Source: Candidatus Omnitrophota bacterium
GTDB lineage: Bacteria; Omnitrophota; Gorgyraeia; Tantalellales; Tantalellaceae
Assembly: GCA_024277375.1 (NCBI GenBank)
Contig: JAJRVD010000053.1
Location: 8,680-72,679 of the forward strand
Direction of reading: 5' to 3'
DNA: 64,000 bases
Shown one piece after another: positions 63,375 to 64,000 of this stretch (position 1 is its first letter; every line of letters begins with the position of its first letter). The position numbers and the translations under genes are program-made. A model generated the notes under the pieces. It saw nothing but the letters and a program-made list of their open reading frames with translations, ran no database searches and was not told the origin of the DNA.

Positions 63375-64000
63375 TGAATAATGAAATATTGCTTGCGAAA
63401 GATTGGTTGTTGAATTCAGGAATACAGAATACCGCGGGAGAAGTTCTTGGCGGGTTTAATTCCTGGTTTGATCTTGATACCGGGCGGTATCCTTATGTGT
63501 ATTCTGAGATCACAGGTTACGGGATAACAACTCTTTTGTTTTTGGATGATCTTTTTGAAGGTGACTTTATTGCAAGAGCAAAGCTTGCCGCTGATTGGCT
63601 CGAGAAAAACGCTTTGCATGAGTGCGGTGGAGTGAGAACCAGGGATTATAGAGAGAAAATGACAGAATCGGATGTGTATTCTTTTCAGAGCGATAATCTT
63701 TACGCGTTTGATAACGGCATGGTGCTATACGGGTTGATCAACTTATATAAGAAATGCAAAGATAAAAAGTATCTTGATTTTTCAAAGAAAATTGCCGGTC
63801 TTATGCTGAAAGAGATGAGGAAAGAAGACGGTCTGTTCTATGCTGTTTATAATCCCTCGACAGGAAAAAAGGAAGATTCTCCACGGAAATGGTCAAGCCA
63901 GAGCGGGAGTTATCACGCTAAACTGGCTATGGGGTTTGTTGATCTTTTTGAGGTTACAAAAGAAGAGAAATATAAGGACGCGGCTTTGACGCTTTGCCGG
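63374..64000 (+). CDS. Hypothetical protein, 3' end outside the window
   Basis: Open frame from ATG 63374 to the window end (209 codons). No diagnostic motif. Confidence 0.3.
   Translation, partial: MNNEILLAKDWLLNSGIQNTAGEVLGGFNSWFDLDTGRYPYVYSEITGYGITTLLFLDDLFEGDFIARAKLAADWLEKNALHECGGVRTRDYREKMTESDVYSFQSDNLYAFDNGMVLYGLINLYKKCKDKKYLDFSKKIAGLMLKEMRKEDGLFYAVYNPSTGKKEDSPRKWSSQSGSYHAKLAMGFVDLFEVTKEEKYKDAALTLCR

Noticed and set aside
242-63619. Numerous 60-170-aa minus-strand ORFs nested inside large + strand genes (e.g. 242..436, 3769..4131, 17377..17751, 28362..28877, 40126..40557).
   Set aside because: They lie antisense within confidently assigned genes, have low-complexity or stop-depleted composition typical of antisense frames, and lack start context.
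1-64000. CRISPR arrays, rRNA/tRNA genes, transposases and integrases.
   Set aside because: No direct-repeat/spacer arrays, rRNA-like stretches or tRNA cloverleaves were seen. No ORF shows DDE transposase, tyrosine/serine recombinase or phage structural motifs. The only repeats are the short structured families reported above.

Overview
This 64-kb window is read from the translated ORFs and the raw sequence only; no database searches were run. It is almost entirely + strand, with one large minus-strand gene at 22938..24998. Frequent 4-nt ATGA start/stop overlaps suggest long translationally coupled operons. The sequence looks AT-leaning by eye (not computed), and the organism is not identifiable. 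The whole window is one large cell-envelope glycan biosynthesis and decoration region. In order, the modules are as follows. (1) A NodU/CmcH-type carbamoyltransferase (5' truncated by the window edge), an SxtJ-like membrane protein and a DUF5989/SxtK-like 52-aa peptide, followed by a UDP-glucuronate-decarboxylase-like SDR, PAPS synthesis genes (sat, cysC) and an orphan alkaline-phosphatase-superfamily protein. (2) gmd plus a DegT aminotransferase (GDP-perosamine type), tandem GtrB-like GT2 genes (the second has an in-frame stop) and three consecutive GT-C membrane transferases (PMT/ArnT-like, YfhO-like, ArnT-like). (3) A metallophosphoesterase, a CotH-kinase-family protein with a beta-helix tail, a VTC-domain protein and a DUF4956-like membrane protein. 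I consider this four-gene group the best candidate for an undescribed polyphosphate or surface-phosphorylation system. (4) A frameshifted MBOAT gene convergent with a class-B (B12-binding) radical SAM gene. (5) A divergent promoter and a small HTH protein heading about 14 genes for a nonulosonic acid (legionaminic/pseudaminic-type), with acetamidino tailoring (HisH/HisF/PP-loop amidotransferase) and N-formyl tailoring, a CMP-sugar synthetase, an unknown 629-aa protein, a Wzx flippase and an LtaS-like transferase. (6) A phosphonate / phospho-headgroup module: a truncated pyruvate-kinase-like protein, a CDP-alcohol phosphotransferase, a LicC/PntC-like nucleotidyltransferase, a DMT transporter, a radical SAM-SPASM protein, a PEP mutase-nucleotidyltransferase fusion and phosphonopyruvate decarboxylase. 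(7) Further GT2/GT-C/GT4 genes, a second CDP-alcohol phosphotransferase, a YbhN-like membrane protein, a second B12-radical SAM gene, two SAM methyltransferases, a formyltransferase, a deacetylase (in-frame stop), an SDR and a hexapeptide acyltransferase. Non-coding signal: a roughly 80-110 nt structured repeat in three copies whose variants preserve pairing only through G-U wobbles, which argues for an RNA-level element; two short hairpin/motif repeat families, one nested inside the other; and several terminator-like hairpins. Five genes look disrupted (three in-frame stops using three different stop codons, and two single-base homopolymer frameshifts). I cannot tell genuine decay from sequencing error without reads.
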